NCBI GenBank assembly: GCA_035546035.1
Contig: DASZXC010000008.1
Coordinates: forward strand, 188,265-252,264
Reading direction: 5' to 3'
Length of the DNA stretch: 64,000 bases
Origin: Minisyncoccota bacterium
GTDB lineage: Bacteria > Patescibacteriota > Minisyncoccia > Phycocordibacterales > UBA6065
Below the pieces are notes generated by a model that had not been told where the DNA came from, did no database searches, and saw nothing but the letters and a program-made list of their open reading frames with translations. A program made the position numbers and the translations under genes. Below are positions 18,799-28,597 of the stretch, in pieces. Numbering within the stretch: the stretch's first letter is position 1; every line of letters begins with the position of its first letter.

Positions 18799-18975
18799 TG
18801 ACAATTTAATAGGAAAGCCTAACCTCTAGGAAAATCACGTTTTTCTAGAGCATGGTCAAAAAATCTCCCGCTAGAGATCAAAGGACTCCCAGTCAGAGTC
18901 GCTCTAGCGGGTCGTGTCTGGAAACGGATACGGGCGGGCCGAAAGGTTCGCCGCGATGGCTGGGAGCCCTTTGTT
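18799..18975 (+). ncRNA. Structured leader/antisense RNA, copy 1
   Basis: Closing helix 18879-18895/18957-18973 around two GAAA-tetraloop hairpins and a strand complementary to flanking sites; covaries with 31344-31506. Confidence 0.72.
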
Positions 18976-19012
18976 ATTCGGTCTCTCAGTCACATTAAAA
19001 ACCCGCTAGAAA

Positions 19013-19678
19013 ATGGAAAATAATAAACAGTCTTCTGAGGTTAAGACTAAAAATATAACCTTCGGCCTCGTATTCGGTTGGATCCTCGGCGTCATCTTTG
19101 TCATCCTCGGCATCACGAACATCGCAATCCATCCCGTATCAGGCATTCTTTTTATCCTCACTGCTCTCATCGCTTTGCCTCCGATGAACAAACTTCTGAG
19201 GGATAAAGCGCACGTCAATCTCTCAAAGGGCCTTCGTGTCATCATCGTTCTCATACTCATGATCTCCGGCTTTGCCTTCATCGGGTCGAGCGCGGTGAAG
19301 GAAGCGGAGACGAATACTGTCGCTGATGCTTCGAATACAGCTCCTGCGCCCACTCCGGTTCCAACCATAAAAATATCCGCCGATAAGATCATGGATGACT
19401 ACACCGCCAACGAAGTAGCCGCCGATGCCAAGTACAAGAACAACGTTGTCTCGGTCACGGGCATCGTCGACTCCATAGGCAAGGATATCGTTGATACACC
19501 ATACATCGCTTTGAAAACCGGAGGACAGTATTCCATATCGGTCGTGCAGTGCATGTTCCCAAGATCAGCAGAATCAATTCTCGCTAATATCTCGAAGGGT
19601 GAATATATGACACTTCAGGGCAAGGTCACGGGCAAGCTCGGAAATATCATCTTGAGCGGCTGTTCTATCGCGAAGTAG
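19013..19678 (+). CDS. Membrane protein with tRNA_anti-like OB-fold
   Basis: Three TM helices, then ISADKIMDDYTANEVAADAKYKNNVVSVTGIV...VQCMF...LSGC. Confidence 0.8.
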   Translation: MENNKQSSEVKTKNITFGLVFGWILGVIFVILGITNIAIHPVSGILFILTALIALPPMNKLLRDKAHVNLSKGLRVIIVLILMISGFAFIGSSAVKEAETNTVADASNTAPAPTPVPTIKISADKIMDDYTANEVAADAKYKNNVVSVTGIVDSIGKDIVDTPYIALKTGGQYSISVVQCMFPRSAESILANISKGEYMTLQGKVTGKLGNIILSGCSIAK

Positions 19679-21160
19679 CTAAAGGAAATATATCCTCGGA
19701 AGCACGGGTGCGTGCTCGGTGACGCTCTGGACGAGGATGGAGAAAGCGTCGACGAGATCGTCGTGCTTCTCGACCCCAAAGTGAACGATCTGCTGAATCA
19801 GTTCCTCCGCGCCCTCCTTGGGAAAGAGTATCTTTCCTGTCTTGATGAGATTCGCCGTGAGGGCAAGCCTTGATCTCTTGTCTTGGTTTCCTGGCCTTGT
19901 CGGAATGACGTTATGGAGACCCTCTTCCTTGAGCTGTTGTGGCAGAGCTTTCTGATATGCAACGTCTTCCACGATGAAGGTTGGCCTCTCATCGCTTGCC
20001 TTGGTATATGCCACGTCGAGAGCCTTGCAGAGGTCGACAGTCTCGGGGAAATTGAGTCTTCGATTGATGATTTTAGGTAGGATATAGATGCGATAGCCGC
20101 TATAGAGCTCGTAGAGCATGCCGGGAACCATGGCGGTGTAGTCGGCGGCGTCGCTTTTCGATATGGCAAGGTCGACACCGATACGGACTTCCATGTGGGT
20201 CATATACCCGCCGAAGCCCTTCTCGGGAGGCGGAATTACGTCATAGTATTGGATCCATTCGCGATGTATCGCTTGTTCTTCGTCAGCGACGATACGGAGA
20301 AGGTATTCGCGTTCCCATGCGAACTCGTTTCCGGCCTTTTTCTTTTCATCCTCTATATCCTCAAGAGACGCATACTTTCCAGGCCAGAGAATCTTCTCAT
20401 TTTGAATCAAGGGATATTCGCGAAACGTACCCGTGAGCTTTCCACGGCCTATGTCTTCTTTCATCCTCATCAAAAGCGAATCCTCGTGGAGGAGGTTTCC
20501 GACGATGACAAGCCTCGTATCGCGATCTCCTGCGGGGATGACCTCGGCCGTGAGCCACTGATATGTCTTGCTTCGGCCTTCGCGGGTTTTGGTCGAGGCG
20601 AGATCCTCTATGTCGTCGCAGACGATTAGATCGGGGCGGTGCTGATTGTGACGGAGGCCACGAATCGATTGCTCGGTCGATACGGCCGTGATGCGGGCAT
20701 CGAGTTGCGAGAATACCAAGGACGACGATCCCCATTGATCTGACTCTTCTTGAAATGGCCCAAGGTCATTCTTGAGGATGGTATTGTTTTCAAGTTCACG
20801 TCGAAGGTTCATCATATGCTGCTTGGCCTGGCTCTGGGTCTGACAGGCGATAAGCACAAATCTTTTTGACTGCTCGCCGAGAATGGCCCACAGAGGATAC
20901 GAGGTCGTGAGGATGGTCGACTTGCCGCATCCTCGAAAAGCCACGATGAAGAGATTGCTGTTATCGCTTTTCTCGGTGAGCCTGAATATCTCCTCATGAA
21001 AAGGAGCCGTCCTGTATTTGACGTAGTGGGAGAGGTAGAAATGGAAGAAGTAATGGTGACTCTTCCTAGTGATTGCCGTCCTCACTTTTCTGTCCTTGAG
21101 CATCGCCTCCACCAATTGGGGCGGCATCGCTCTTTTCGGTTGTATCGTTTGGTTTTCCAT
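19679..21160 (-). CDS. terL: Phage terminase large subunit
   Basis: Walker A FRGCGKST, Walker B IVCDDIE, nuclease IGVDLA, HDDLVDA. Confidence 0.9.
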   Translation of the reverse strand: MENQTIQPKRAMPPQLVEAMLKDRKVRTAITRKSHHYFFHFYLSHYVKYRTAPFHEEIFRLTEKSDNSNLFIVAFRGCGKSTILTTSYPLWAILGEQSKRFVLIACQTQSQAKQHMMNLRRELENNTILKNDLGPFQEESDQWGSSSLVFSQLDARITAVSTEQSIRGLRHNQHRPDLIVCDDIEDLASTKTREGRSKTYQWLTAEVIPAGDRDTRLVIVGNLLHEDSLLMRMKEDIGRGKLTGTFREYPLIQNEKILWPGKYASLEDIEDEKKKAGNEFAWEREYLLRIVADEEQAIHREWIQYYDVIPPPEKGFGGYMTHMEVRIGVDLAISKSDAADYTAMVPGMLYELYSGYRIYILPKIINRRLNFPETVDLCKALDVAYTKASDERPTFIVEDVAYQKALPQQLKEEGLHNVIPTRPGNQDKRSRLALTANLIKTGKILFPKEGAEELIQQIVHFGVEKHDDLVDAFSILVQSVTEHAPVLPRIYFL

Positions 21161-21572
21161 TGTCGTTAATGTCGACCGCGACCGCTGTCTCTGTCTCGAC
21201 CTCACCCGAAGCCAAGCGTAGAGCCTCTCGGACGAGGGCTTCTTGTTCGGGAGTGAGCTCTTCCTGGCGAGTAACGGCGGTTACTTCGAGCTTGTTTTTG
21301 TATTCAGGATGGTGGTGACGGAGCCACTGCATGATGGCCGTCATGTTCTTGTCCTTGATGGCCGATATGAGCTGGCTTTCGGCCAGGTCGTTCACCATGA
21401 GCTTGCCTTCGGCGAGGGCTTCAAGAGCGAGCTTCTCGAATTCCTTGTCCTCTTTGAGCCAGCGGTAGTAGGTCATGCGGGAAACGCCCGTCTTTTCGCA
21501 GGCGATTTGGATCACGGGCGTTTTTCTGAATTGCTCAAGCAATATCTCTTTGTTTTTGTCGGTCTTGTTCAT
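21066..21572 (-). CDS. Terminase small subunit-like HTH protein
   Basis: IACEKTGVSRMTYYRW HTH; directly upstream of and overlapping terL. Confidence 0.75.
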   Translation of the reverse strand: MNKTDKNKEILLEQFRKTPVIQIACEKTGVSRMTYYRWLKEDKEFEKLALEALAEGKLMVNDLAESQLISAIKDKNMTAIMQWLRHHHPEYKNKLEVTAVTRQEELTPEQEALVREALRLASGEVETETAVAVDINDNGKPNDTTEKSDAAPIGGGDAQGQKSEDGNH

Positions 21573-22342
21573 ATTTTTTCTGCTTTAAGGCTCGTCACAT
21601 GCTCCCACCGTGCGATGATTGTTCTGCAATACTCCAAATCCTCTTCGACCATGAAGCATCTGCGCTTCGTTTGCTCACAAGCAATCAAAGTCGTACCCGA
21701 TCCGCCAAATGGGTCGTATACGGCATCGCCAATCGAGGTTGAATTCATGATGAGGTGGGCCACGAGAGGCACTGGTTTCATCGTTGGATGGAGCGAACTG
21801 CTATTGGGCTTTGGATAGCAGAGGATGGATTTGTCCTTGCTTCGCCTGAACGCATGAGTGCCGTACCAACCGAAAAGAATAAGCTCGTGTTGAGGCATGT
21901 AGTCCTTGCGGCCGATGACCGCTTGGCTTTTGACCCAGATCACGAGCTGGGAGAAGAAGATGCCGACATCATCGAGAGCGTTTCGTAGAGTGAAGAGCAT
22001 TTTGTCCGAGTTGAATATGTATATGCTGTTCTTTCGGGCGAGACGAGGTATGACGGGCAGAAGCCACTTCTTCGAGAATTCTCGGTACTCGCTCTCCGAT
22101 GAGATATTGTCATTGAGGATTACTTTGTTTACTTTCGGCGTGCCGACGTTCGTCTTGTTCTCCGCATACGAGACGCCATATGGCGGATCGGTCACGATGG
22201 CCTGGATATTTGCACTCGAAAGGAAGCTCGTGACAAGCTTTTCGTCGCAGGCGTTGCCGCACAAAAGGCGGTGGTCGCCAAGCTTCCAGACTTGGCCCTG
22301 TTTAACTGATCTTTCGTGCTTTATTTCCAGTGAGTTTTTCAT
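21569..22342 (-). CDS. DNA methyltransferase (N6/N4 type)
   Basis: TDPPY, HPTMKP, DPFGGSGTT. Confidence 0.92.
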   Translation of the reverse strand: MKNSLEIKHERSVKQGQVWKLGDHRLLCGNACDEKLVTSFLSSANIQAIVTDPPYGVSYAENKTNVGTPKVNKVILNDNISSESEYREFSKKWLLPVIPRLARKNSIYIFNSDKMLFTLRNALDDVGIFFSQLVIWVKSQAVIGRKDYMPQHELILFGWYGTHAFRRSKDKSILCYPKPNSSSLHPTMKPVPLVAHLIMNSTSIGDAVYDPFGGSGTTLIACEQTKRRCFMVEEDLEYCRTIIARWEHVTSLKAEKI

Positions 22343-23576
22343 AACGGCGGATTATTAAATCAACGAATATCGGCTCGCGTTCGACCAAGTATGCTTTGCG
22401 CTTCAGCTGTTCGCAGGCGATGAGAAGGCTCCCTGAACCACCGAAGAGGTCAAGAACAACATCACCGGCTTTTGAGCACCTCCGGAGGGCTTTCTCATGC
22501 AGGGTCGGAGGCTTTTCCGTGGGGTGCTCATAGTCGGCCCCGCTTATGCGCTTGGCGAGCCAAATGTCGATCATGTCGAAGATATCGTCTATGGTGCGAT
22601 TGCCCGTGCCGACTTCCTTGTTCATGATCTCCGAGAGGTTGAGCACTTTTTCGGAGATATATGGCTTGCCGATAGTTCCATACACGCACGGTTCATACTG
22701 CTTGTTGAATGCGATCTGAGGAGTCGGCGTCGAGTTGTTTTTCACCCAGAGACACACTCGCTTGTTCGCTATGCCAAGCTCTTGATACAGGGTTTGCAAG
22801 AGCCAGATGTACCGTTGGTCGCAGTATGTGAAGATGTGAGCGTTGGGCTTCGTGTGGGCGAGAGCGTTTCCGAGAGCAGATTTTAGAAACTTTTTGTACT
22901 CGACATCCGATTTTGAATCATCAACGTTGCCACCATACGATTTCTTGCCACCCATACCTTTGTCGTATGAGAGGCCGATGTTGTATGGAGGGTCGGTATC
23001 GATTACATCGACCTTGGTCGTGCTGAGGAGCTTTTTCAGGGTCTTTGGGTCACAGCTATCGGCACAGATGAGGCGATGCTCGCCGAGGGCGTATATATCA
23101 CCGAGTTTCGCTTTCGGTTTCTTGATCTTTTCAAGCTCCTTATCAATGTCAAAGTCATCGTTCTCGATCGAGAGGTCGTCAAAAAGATGGGTGAGATCGG
23201 TGTCGTCAAAGCCGCTCGACAGGAGCGTACCTATGTCGAAGTCGGCGGCGAGTTTCTCCCAGTCCCAATCGCCGTGGACGCGGTTCGATGTGAGGAGATA
23301 CTGGTCATATTCGCTTTTCGTGAGCTTCCTATTTGGCACGCGTACCTCGATTTTCTCATCGCCACGGCCGAGAAGCTTCAAAACCATGAGCCTCTGATGG
23401 CCTGCTATGACCTTGCCATCCGTGTCGATAACGGGGATCTCGACCACGTTAAACTTTGTGAGGCTCTTTTTGAGGTCATCTACCTGCTTTTCGCTCATCA
23501 TTCTCGGGTTCTTGTTATTTGGGACAAGCTCCGAGATTGTGTGGCTCTCGGTATGCCAAATTAATTTGTTTTTCAT
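22302..23576 (-). CDS. ParB-like domain + DNA methyltransferase
   Basis: KNPR...IAGHQRL; TDPPY, HPTEKP, DLFGGSGS. Confidence 0.92.
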   Translation of the reverse strand: MKNKLIWHTESHTISELVPNNKNPRMMSEKQVDDLKKSLTKFNVVEIPVIDTDGKVIAGHQRLMVLKLLGRGDEKIEVRVPNRKLTKSEYDQYLLTSNRVHGDWDWEKLAADFDIGTLLSSGFDDTDLTHLFDDLSIENDDFDIDKELEKIKKPKAKLGDIYALGEHRLICADSCDPKTLKKLLSTTKVDVIDTDPPYNIGLSYDKGMGGKKSYGGNVDDSKSDVEYKKFLKSALGNALAHTKPNAHIFTYCDQRYIWLLQTLYQELGIANKRVCLWVKNNSTPTPQIAFNKQYEPCVYGTIGKPYISEKVLNLSEIMNKEVGTGNRTIDDIFDMIDIWLAKRISGADYEHPTEKPPTLHEKALRRCSKAGDVVLDLFGGSGSLLIACEQLKRKAYLVEREPIFVDLIIRRYEKLTGNKARKIS

Positions 23577-23724
23577 ATATTTCGAGATGCCTTTAGCGGC
23601 TTTCTCATAGATATATGGTCATTAATGACACTCAACATTTTTTCTTGTGGTGATGACAGAAAAAACGCCTTATTCAAGGCGACTTTTGGTGTCGATAAAA
23701 AATGAGTTAGCTCACTAGCTCCGA

Positions 23725-24498
23725 TTAAATGACGTTTTCGTCGTCGAATGGGTGTTTATCGGCTTCTGAAATCAGGGAGAACTTGGGATAGTAGCCCTCG
23801 CTCTTGCGGTAAGGGTGGAAGGGATTCTCTGCTATGCCGAGGAAAGTCTTGAGCCGTTCTGAAGTTTCGTATTTCACATTGCGGCTATATCTCGCATCGA
23901 ACTGAGATACAGGTAGACTGCCTCCGTTATCGGCTATGGCTCGGAGAAACTCCCATTTCGTATCCGGATTCTGAGTCTTTCGATCAAGGAACCCGACATC
24001 TTTATAGTCGAACTTAATAGTAGGCATGCCCGGATATTTCATCTTGACCGTATGTCCGTCGACGAACTTAATTTTGAGGCGTTCAAGCTTCGCTCCATTG
24101 GGCAAAGGATATGCCGCACGATTACGATTCTCCTTCGTCGTCCGCAGAAGGCCTGCGATGTCTTCCGCGAGGGCCTTTCGATCATCGGGATGAAGTCGTA
24201 CGCTGACATTGTCGTTACGCATGACGATCGTATTTTGGCGAAAGACTACGGTATCGAATTTCGGCACGGCGAACGCTTTTGAAATATCCTGTACCATGGC
24301 TTGAATGCGCTGGATATTTTCTAGATACGGTCCCATCGTCTTACGGACGTTTTCTATGGTTTCGAGCACAGGAGCCATCGACTCGATGATAGGGGTTATG
24401 GATTCAAGCGCACTTTCTCTTTGTATAGCAAAGCGTTCGAGGCTTTCTCGGGCGTCTTTAATGACGGATAGCTCCATGTGAGGGAATTGCTCTGACAT
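23725..24498 (-). CDS. Hypothetical protein divergent from the lexA-like gene
   Basis: 257-aa ORF; TATAAT 6 nt upstream of ATG. Confidence 0.7.
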   Translation of the reverse strand: MSEQFPHMELSVIKDARESLERFAIQRESALESITPIIESMAPVLETIENVRKTMGPYLENIQRIQAMVQDISKAFAVPKFDTVVFRQNTIVMRNDNVSVRLHPDDRKALAEDIAGLLRTTKENRNRAAYPLPNGAKLERLKIKFVDGHTVKMKYPGMPTIKFDYKDVGFLDRKTQNPDTKWEFLRAIADNGGSLPVSQFDARYSRNVKYETSERLKTFLGIAENPFHPYRKSEGYYPKFSLISEADKHPFDDENVI

Positions 24499-24517
24499 GG
24501 CCCTATTATAGCCCTAT

Positions 24518-24546
24518 TTGCAAAAAAGGCCACTTTGGTGTATACT
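24518..24546 (+). promoter_or_regulatory. Sigma70 promoter for the lexA-CBASS cluster
   Basis: TTGCAA-N17-TATACT. Confidence 0.65.
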
Positions 24547-24557
24547 TGTTTATACCT

Positions 24558-25193
24558 ATGCTTCAATATCTAAGCGACAAGGATAAAGAGGTCTATGTGC
24601 TCGTCCGTAACAGGATAGTCCACGGCCTTAAGACTCCCACTCTCGAAGAGATAAACAAAGTGACAGGTAAGTCGTCCCCACGATCGGCGGTTCTTGCGCT
24701 CGAAAGGCTCGAAAAGGCCGGTCTTCTGAGGAGGATGGGAGGAAAAATCCGACTTATGAGTCAGAGCTTAACTCCAAACGCTTCCATCTCTACCATTGAG
24801 GTACCGCTTGTCGGCACGATTGCCGCAGGTGCTCCGATCCTCGCAGAAGAGAATGTCGAAGCGATGATTCCCGTATCGACCGCTATAGCGAAACCTGGCT
24901 CGAAGTACTTCTTGCTTCGCGTCACGGGCACGTCGATGAACATGGCGAAAGTGAATGGGGTCAAAATCGACGAAGGTAGCATCGTCTTGGTCAGGCGACA
25001 GGAGACTGCGGATGATGGGGACATTGTAGTGGCGCTTATCGACGACAGCGCGACAGTCAAGGTCCTCGAACGAAAGAATGGCATGGTCATTCTTCGCCCA
25101 AAGTCTTCCGACCCGCACAAGCCGATCATATTAACAAATAATTGTATCGTTCAGGGGGTGGTAGTCGGAGTATTGCCGTCTGATCTCTATTAA
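24558..25193 (+). CDS. lexA: LexA-like autocleaving repressor
   Basis: wHTH (PTLEEI), Ala-Gly site IAAGAP, S24 peptidase motifs GTSM and ATVK. Confidence 0.88.
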   Translation: MLQYLSDKDKEVYVLVRNRIVHGLKTPTLEEINKVTGKSSPRSAVLALERLEKAGLLRRMGGKIRLMSQSLTPNASISTIEVPLVGTIAAGAPILAEENVEAMIPVSTAIAKPGSKYFLLRVTGTSMNMAKVNGVKIDEGSIVLVRRQETADDGDIVVALIDDSATVKVLERKNGMVILRPKSSDPHKPIILTNNCIVQGVVVGVLPSDLY

Positions 25194-25211
25194 CAGCTAT
25201 GAAAAATAACT

Positions 25212-26339
25212 ATGCCTGAACGCCCAAGCATACCCGATCAGGTAAAGCTCAAGCTCTGGGCGCTTTCTGGTGCGCGTTGCGAGTTCCCGGGCTGTAACAA
25301 GTATGTCTGGCGAGACGGCCTTACCCTCAAAGACGATAATTTCGCTCACATGGCTCATATCATTGCGGCGAACCCTGGCGGTCCCCGTGGCGATGAGGTC
25401 GCTTCTCCAGAGTTAGCTACCGACTATGACAACCTTATGCTCCTATGCTTTGATCACTCGAAGCTCGTAGACGGCAAAAACAAATGCGATTACACCATCG
25501 AGTATCTGCGAGAATACAAACGATCTCATGAGGACAGAATTCGCCGTCAGACAGAGCTGTCGCCAGAGATGACGACCACGGTCTTGAGATTCTCAGCGAA
25601 TATCGGTGATCGTCCTGTGGAGGTTTCCACAAAACAAGCTTATCAGGCGATACTGCCACGTTATCCCGCAGATGACCGCGGCATAGCCCTCGATTTCACT
25701 AACCGCCCAGGCCGAGGCAAGGCGGACTTTTGGACGTCTTTCGCGTCGGAGATAAGCGAACGAGTCGAGAAAGAGCTAAGGGCGGGCAACGACCGTTCTC
25801 GGCCAAGTCATATCTCCGTATTCGCACTTGGTCCTATTCCTCTGCTTGTCCACTTGGGCAATGCCATAGGTAATACCATCTCCGCCGATCTGTATCAGCG
25901 ACACCGCGATACTGAGAACTGGACATGGAAGAATGAGGCTCAAGATGATCTCGCCTATGAGGTCAAGGAAACGAAAGGAGAAACTGGAGGCGATATAGCC
26001 GTGGTCTTGTCCCTGAGCGGTAAGATCCATTACGATGAGGTGTATAAGCTCTTTGCTAAAAAACCTCATCTCTATGAGATAACCATTGCCACTCCTGCGC
26101 CTGGCTTCCTTGCCTCAAGACCGAAGCTCGAAAAGTTTCGATTGGCCTATCGTGAGCTTCTCACCAAAATCAGGACTCTTCACGGCGGAGGAACAGTAAT
26201 TCATCTCTTTCCGGCTATTCCCGCGCCGATTGCGGTCGTCTGCGGACGAGAGATACTGCCGAAGTCAGACCCGAAAATGACGGTCTACGATCACGAAAAC
26301 GCTCAAGGTGGATTTATTCCGATTCTAACAATTAATTAA
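25212..26339 (+). CDS. cap5: CBASS HNH-SAVED nuclease effector
   Basis: RCEFPGC...AHII...GPRG...NLMLLCFDH HNH; SAVED motifs SVFALGPIPLLVHLG, YQRHR, IHLFPAIP. Confidence 0.9.
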   Translation: MPERPSIPDQVKLKLWALSGARCEFPGCNKYVWRDGLTLKDDNFAHMAHIIAANPGGPRGDEVASPELATDYDNLMLLCFDHSKLVDGKNKCDYTIEYLREYKRSHEDRIRRQTELSPEMTTTVLRFSANIGDRPVEVSTKQAYQAILPRYPADDRGIALDFTNRPGRGKADFWTSFASEISERVEKELRAGNDRSRPSHISVFALGPIPLLVHLGNAIGNTISADLYQRHRDTENWTWKNEAQDDLAYEVKETKGETGGDIAVVLSLSGKIHYDEVYKLFAKKPHLYEITIATPAPGFLASRPKLEKFRLAYRELLTKIRTLHGGGTVIHLFPAIPAPIAVVCGREILPKSDPKMTVYDHENAQGGFIPILTIN

Positions 26340-26340
26340 C

Positions 26341-27234
26341 ATGGATATACAAAAATTTCTTAACAGCCTGCTTGCCTCGCAAGATCTGCTCATCGAGCAG
26401 GAAAACTCGCTTCAGACGCACAAAAAAGAGGTGACCGATTTCCTTGTCGCTGAATTTGGCAATAAGCCCAAGATCAAATACGCGGGGTCCCGAGAGAAAG
26501 GCACAATGATCCGCGACAGCTACGACCTCGACATCGTGTGCTACTTCCCGAGCACCGATACACGAAGTCTCAAGGAAATCCGTCAGGAGGTGTCGGATCA
26601 TTTGAGCCAACGCTACGTCATGCAGGACAAGGCATCAGCTGAGAGGATAACCAATCTCAAAGGTGCTAAGACGCCTGAGAGCTATCACATAGACGTTGTG
26701 CCGGGCCGATTCATAGAGGGTAGCAACGATGTATTCATCCATGTCGCCTATGGAGACAAGGAGCGCATGCAGACGAATCTCAAGACGCATATCGACCATA
26801 TTGCCAAGAGCGGATGCGTGCCAGTAATCAGGCTCGTAAAACTCTGGAGTGTCCGAAATAACGTATCAATCAAGACCTTCATTCTCGAGCTCTTCGTTGT
26901 CGAGGTACTCAAAGGTAGTCAGAACAAGGGCGATCTTCGTAGCGGCTTCATCAAAGTCATGGAAGCTCTCCGAGATAATTTTGGATCAATGCAACTTGTT
27001 GATCCTGCAAACTCGAACAACGTCGTTTCAAGGACGATAGATTCATCCCAGCGTGTCATGGTTTCTCACGTCGCGGATGAGACACTCTCTAAAATAGAGG
27101 ATTCCACTAATCTCTCTGATTGGAGGGCGGTATTTCATGAGGAAAATGATCGAGGTACTACCGCTTCACGCTCATATACTCCAGATGCTGGCCCGACTAT
27201 CATCAACAATCCTTCAAAACCATGGGCGTGGTAG
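26341..27234 (+). CDS. CBASS CD-NTase (cGAS/DncV-like)
   Basis: GSREKGT...DLD, IDVVPGR, IRLVKLW, DPANSNN; next to a SAVED effector. Confidence 0.9.
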   Translation: MDIQKFLNSLLASQDLLIEQENSLQTHKKEVTDFLVAEFGNKPKIKYAGSREKGTMIRDSYDLDIVCYFPSTDTRSLKEIRQEVSDHLSQRYVMQDKASAERITNLKGAKTPESYHIDVVPGRFIEGSNDVFIHVAYGDKERMQTNLKTHIDHIAKSGCVPVIRLVKLWSVRNNVSIKTFILELFVVEVLKGSQNKGDLRSGFIKVMEALRDNFGSMQLVDPANSNNVVSRTIDSSQRVMVSHVADETLSKIEDSTNLSDWRAVFHEENDRGTTASRSYTPDAGPTIINNPSKPWAW

Positions 27235-27242
27235 ACGGTAGT

Positions 27243-27950
27243 GTGACGCGGTACGTTTTCACACCAGAAGAGATAGCAGAAATCGGGCAAAGGTATGGCC
27301 TTGAGCTCATCACACCAAGTGTTTGGAAAGGAACGCTCAACATCTATGCCTCGTATAACGGCCTGCCGCTGAAGGATAAGTTCGAGATAAAAATCGGGAT
27401 ACCTTTTAACTATCCGAATTCGACTCCAGTTATGTCGGAAGTGGGAGGCCGTACTGCGACCATAATTAAAAAGTATAAGATCAAGGATCCGCGCGATCTC
27501 CACTTCAACATCGGTAGCGAGACGGCCTGTCTCTGTGTGCGCCAAGAGGAAAAGAAAAAGTTTCCGCCAGGCTCGTCACTATCGGTCTTCATAGAGAATC
27601 TCGTGATTCCGTATCTTTACGGCCTGAGTCATTTCGATATGTATCGAAAATGGCCATGGGGAGAAAGGTCGCATGGTGTCCTCGGCATGCTTGAGTTTTA
27701 TGGAGAAAATCCCGACAAACAGACAGAGGAAAGTATGAGGGAAATTACCGCCGCTTTACGACCAGAGAAAAATTGGAAGGAATACGATAAACAGCTACGA
27801 AATCCTCGTCCGCATGGTCGGTGTGTTTGTGGTAAAGATAAATCATTTGAGAAATGTCATTTCGCGGCTTTTCAGGGTGTAGTCTGCTTCAACGAAGACC
27901 TCAAACGTCTAGGCATCACCACCGCAAAACTGTTTCAGTCACGACCCTAA
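27243..27950 (+). CDS. Prokaryotic E2-like protein with C-terminal SEC-C-like Zn motif
   Basis: YP..P, HFN...CLC, WPWGERSHG, CVCG....FEKCH; start uncertain (GTG 27243 or ATG 27222). Confidence 0.72.
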   Translation: MTRYVFTPEEIAEIGQRYGLELITPSVWKGTLNIYASYNGLPLKDKFEIKIGIPFNYPNSTPVMSEVGGRTATIIKKYKIKDPRDLHFNIGSETACLCVRQEEKKKFPPGSSLSVFIENLVIPYLYGLSHFDMYRKWPWGERSHGVLGMLEFYGENPDKQTEESMREITAALRPEKNWKEYDKQLRNPRPHGRCVCGKDKSFEKCHFAAFQGVVCFNEDLKRLGITTAKLFQSRP

Positions 27951-28273
27951 CTGCGTTTCGCAATATCTTTCCCAAGCGGCCCCTCGACGAGCTCCTCAAC
28001 CGTTTTCACAAGATCGCTCCACGGCATGATCCCTCGGTACCACATGAGCAGATTGTCCGTCCTGTAGTGGAGTAGGTGCATGAACTTGGCCCACGTGAAG
28101 CCTTGCGCTTTGAGTTTGTCTTTCCACGAGTCCCAAAAGTACTTGGGCATCTGATTCATATGCCACACGACCATCGATTCCCAGTTAACGCCTGGATCCG
28201 CGCCTAATGAAGCGTGAACGGCTTTCATCTGCTGTTTGATGGCCTTGGGTTCGGGGAGGGTAGCTAGTTTCAT
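27947..28273 (-). CDS. Hypothetical protein
   Basis: 108-aa Trp-rich ORF with TATATT 6 nt upstream. Confidence 0.65.
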   Translation of the reverse strand: MKLATLPEPKAIKQQMKAVHASLGADPGVNWESMVVWHMNQMPKYFWDSWKDKLKAQGFTWAKFMHLLHYRTDNLLMWYRGIMPWSDLVKTVEELVEGPLGKDIAKRS

Positions 28274-28339
28274 ACCCCTAATATATACCCTATGATAAAG
28301 CTGTCAACAGAGCCAATGTTACAGTCCAAAAAGGCCTTT

Positions 28340-28560
28340 ATGCTGTAACATTTGTAACATTCCTGTGAATGAGACATGATCCGAACTAGCCCTTTCCGTG
28401 TCTCATTTGTCTCATTCACAAAATTCGACCCCGACCCACGTACCTCATTTCCGCCTGCCGAAAAATGCTATTATGCCCTTACGGGGTCTTACCTCATGGG
28501 TACTTAACCCGACTACACCGCATAGTGAATAAGGTATCGGACAAACCCACGTACCTAAAA
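28340..28560. repeat. Noncoding iterated-motif region at the element junction
   Basis: (TGTAACATT)2, (TGTCTCATT)2 plus inverted AATGAGACA, ACCCACGTACCT twice; homologous pieces at 34048-34137 and 35368-35465. Confidence 0.7.
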
Positions 28561-28597
28561 TTAGGCAAACAAAAAATCCCAAATATGGGATTTTTTG

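Noticed and set aside
19679-23576. Intact prophage
   Set aside because: No recognisable portal, capsid, tail or lysis genes
21569-23576. Restriction-modification system
   Set aside because: Phage-type ParB/MTase pair next to terminase; no cognate REase adjacent
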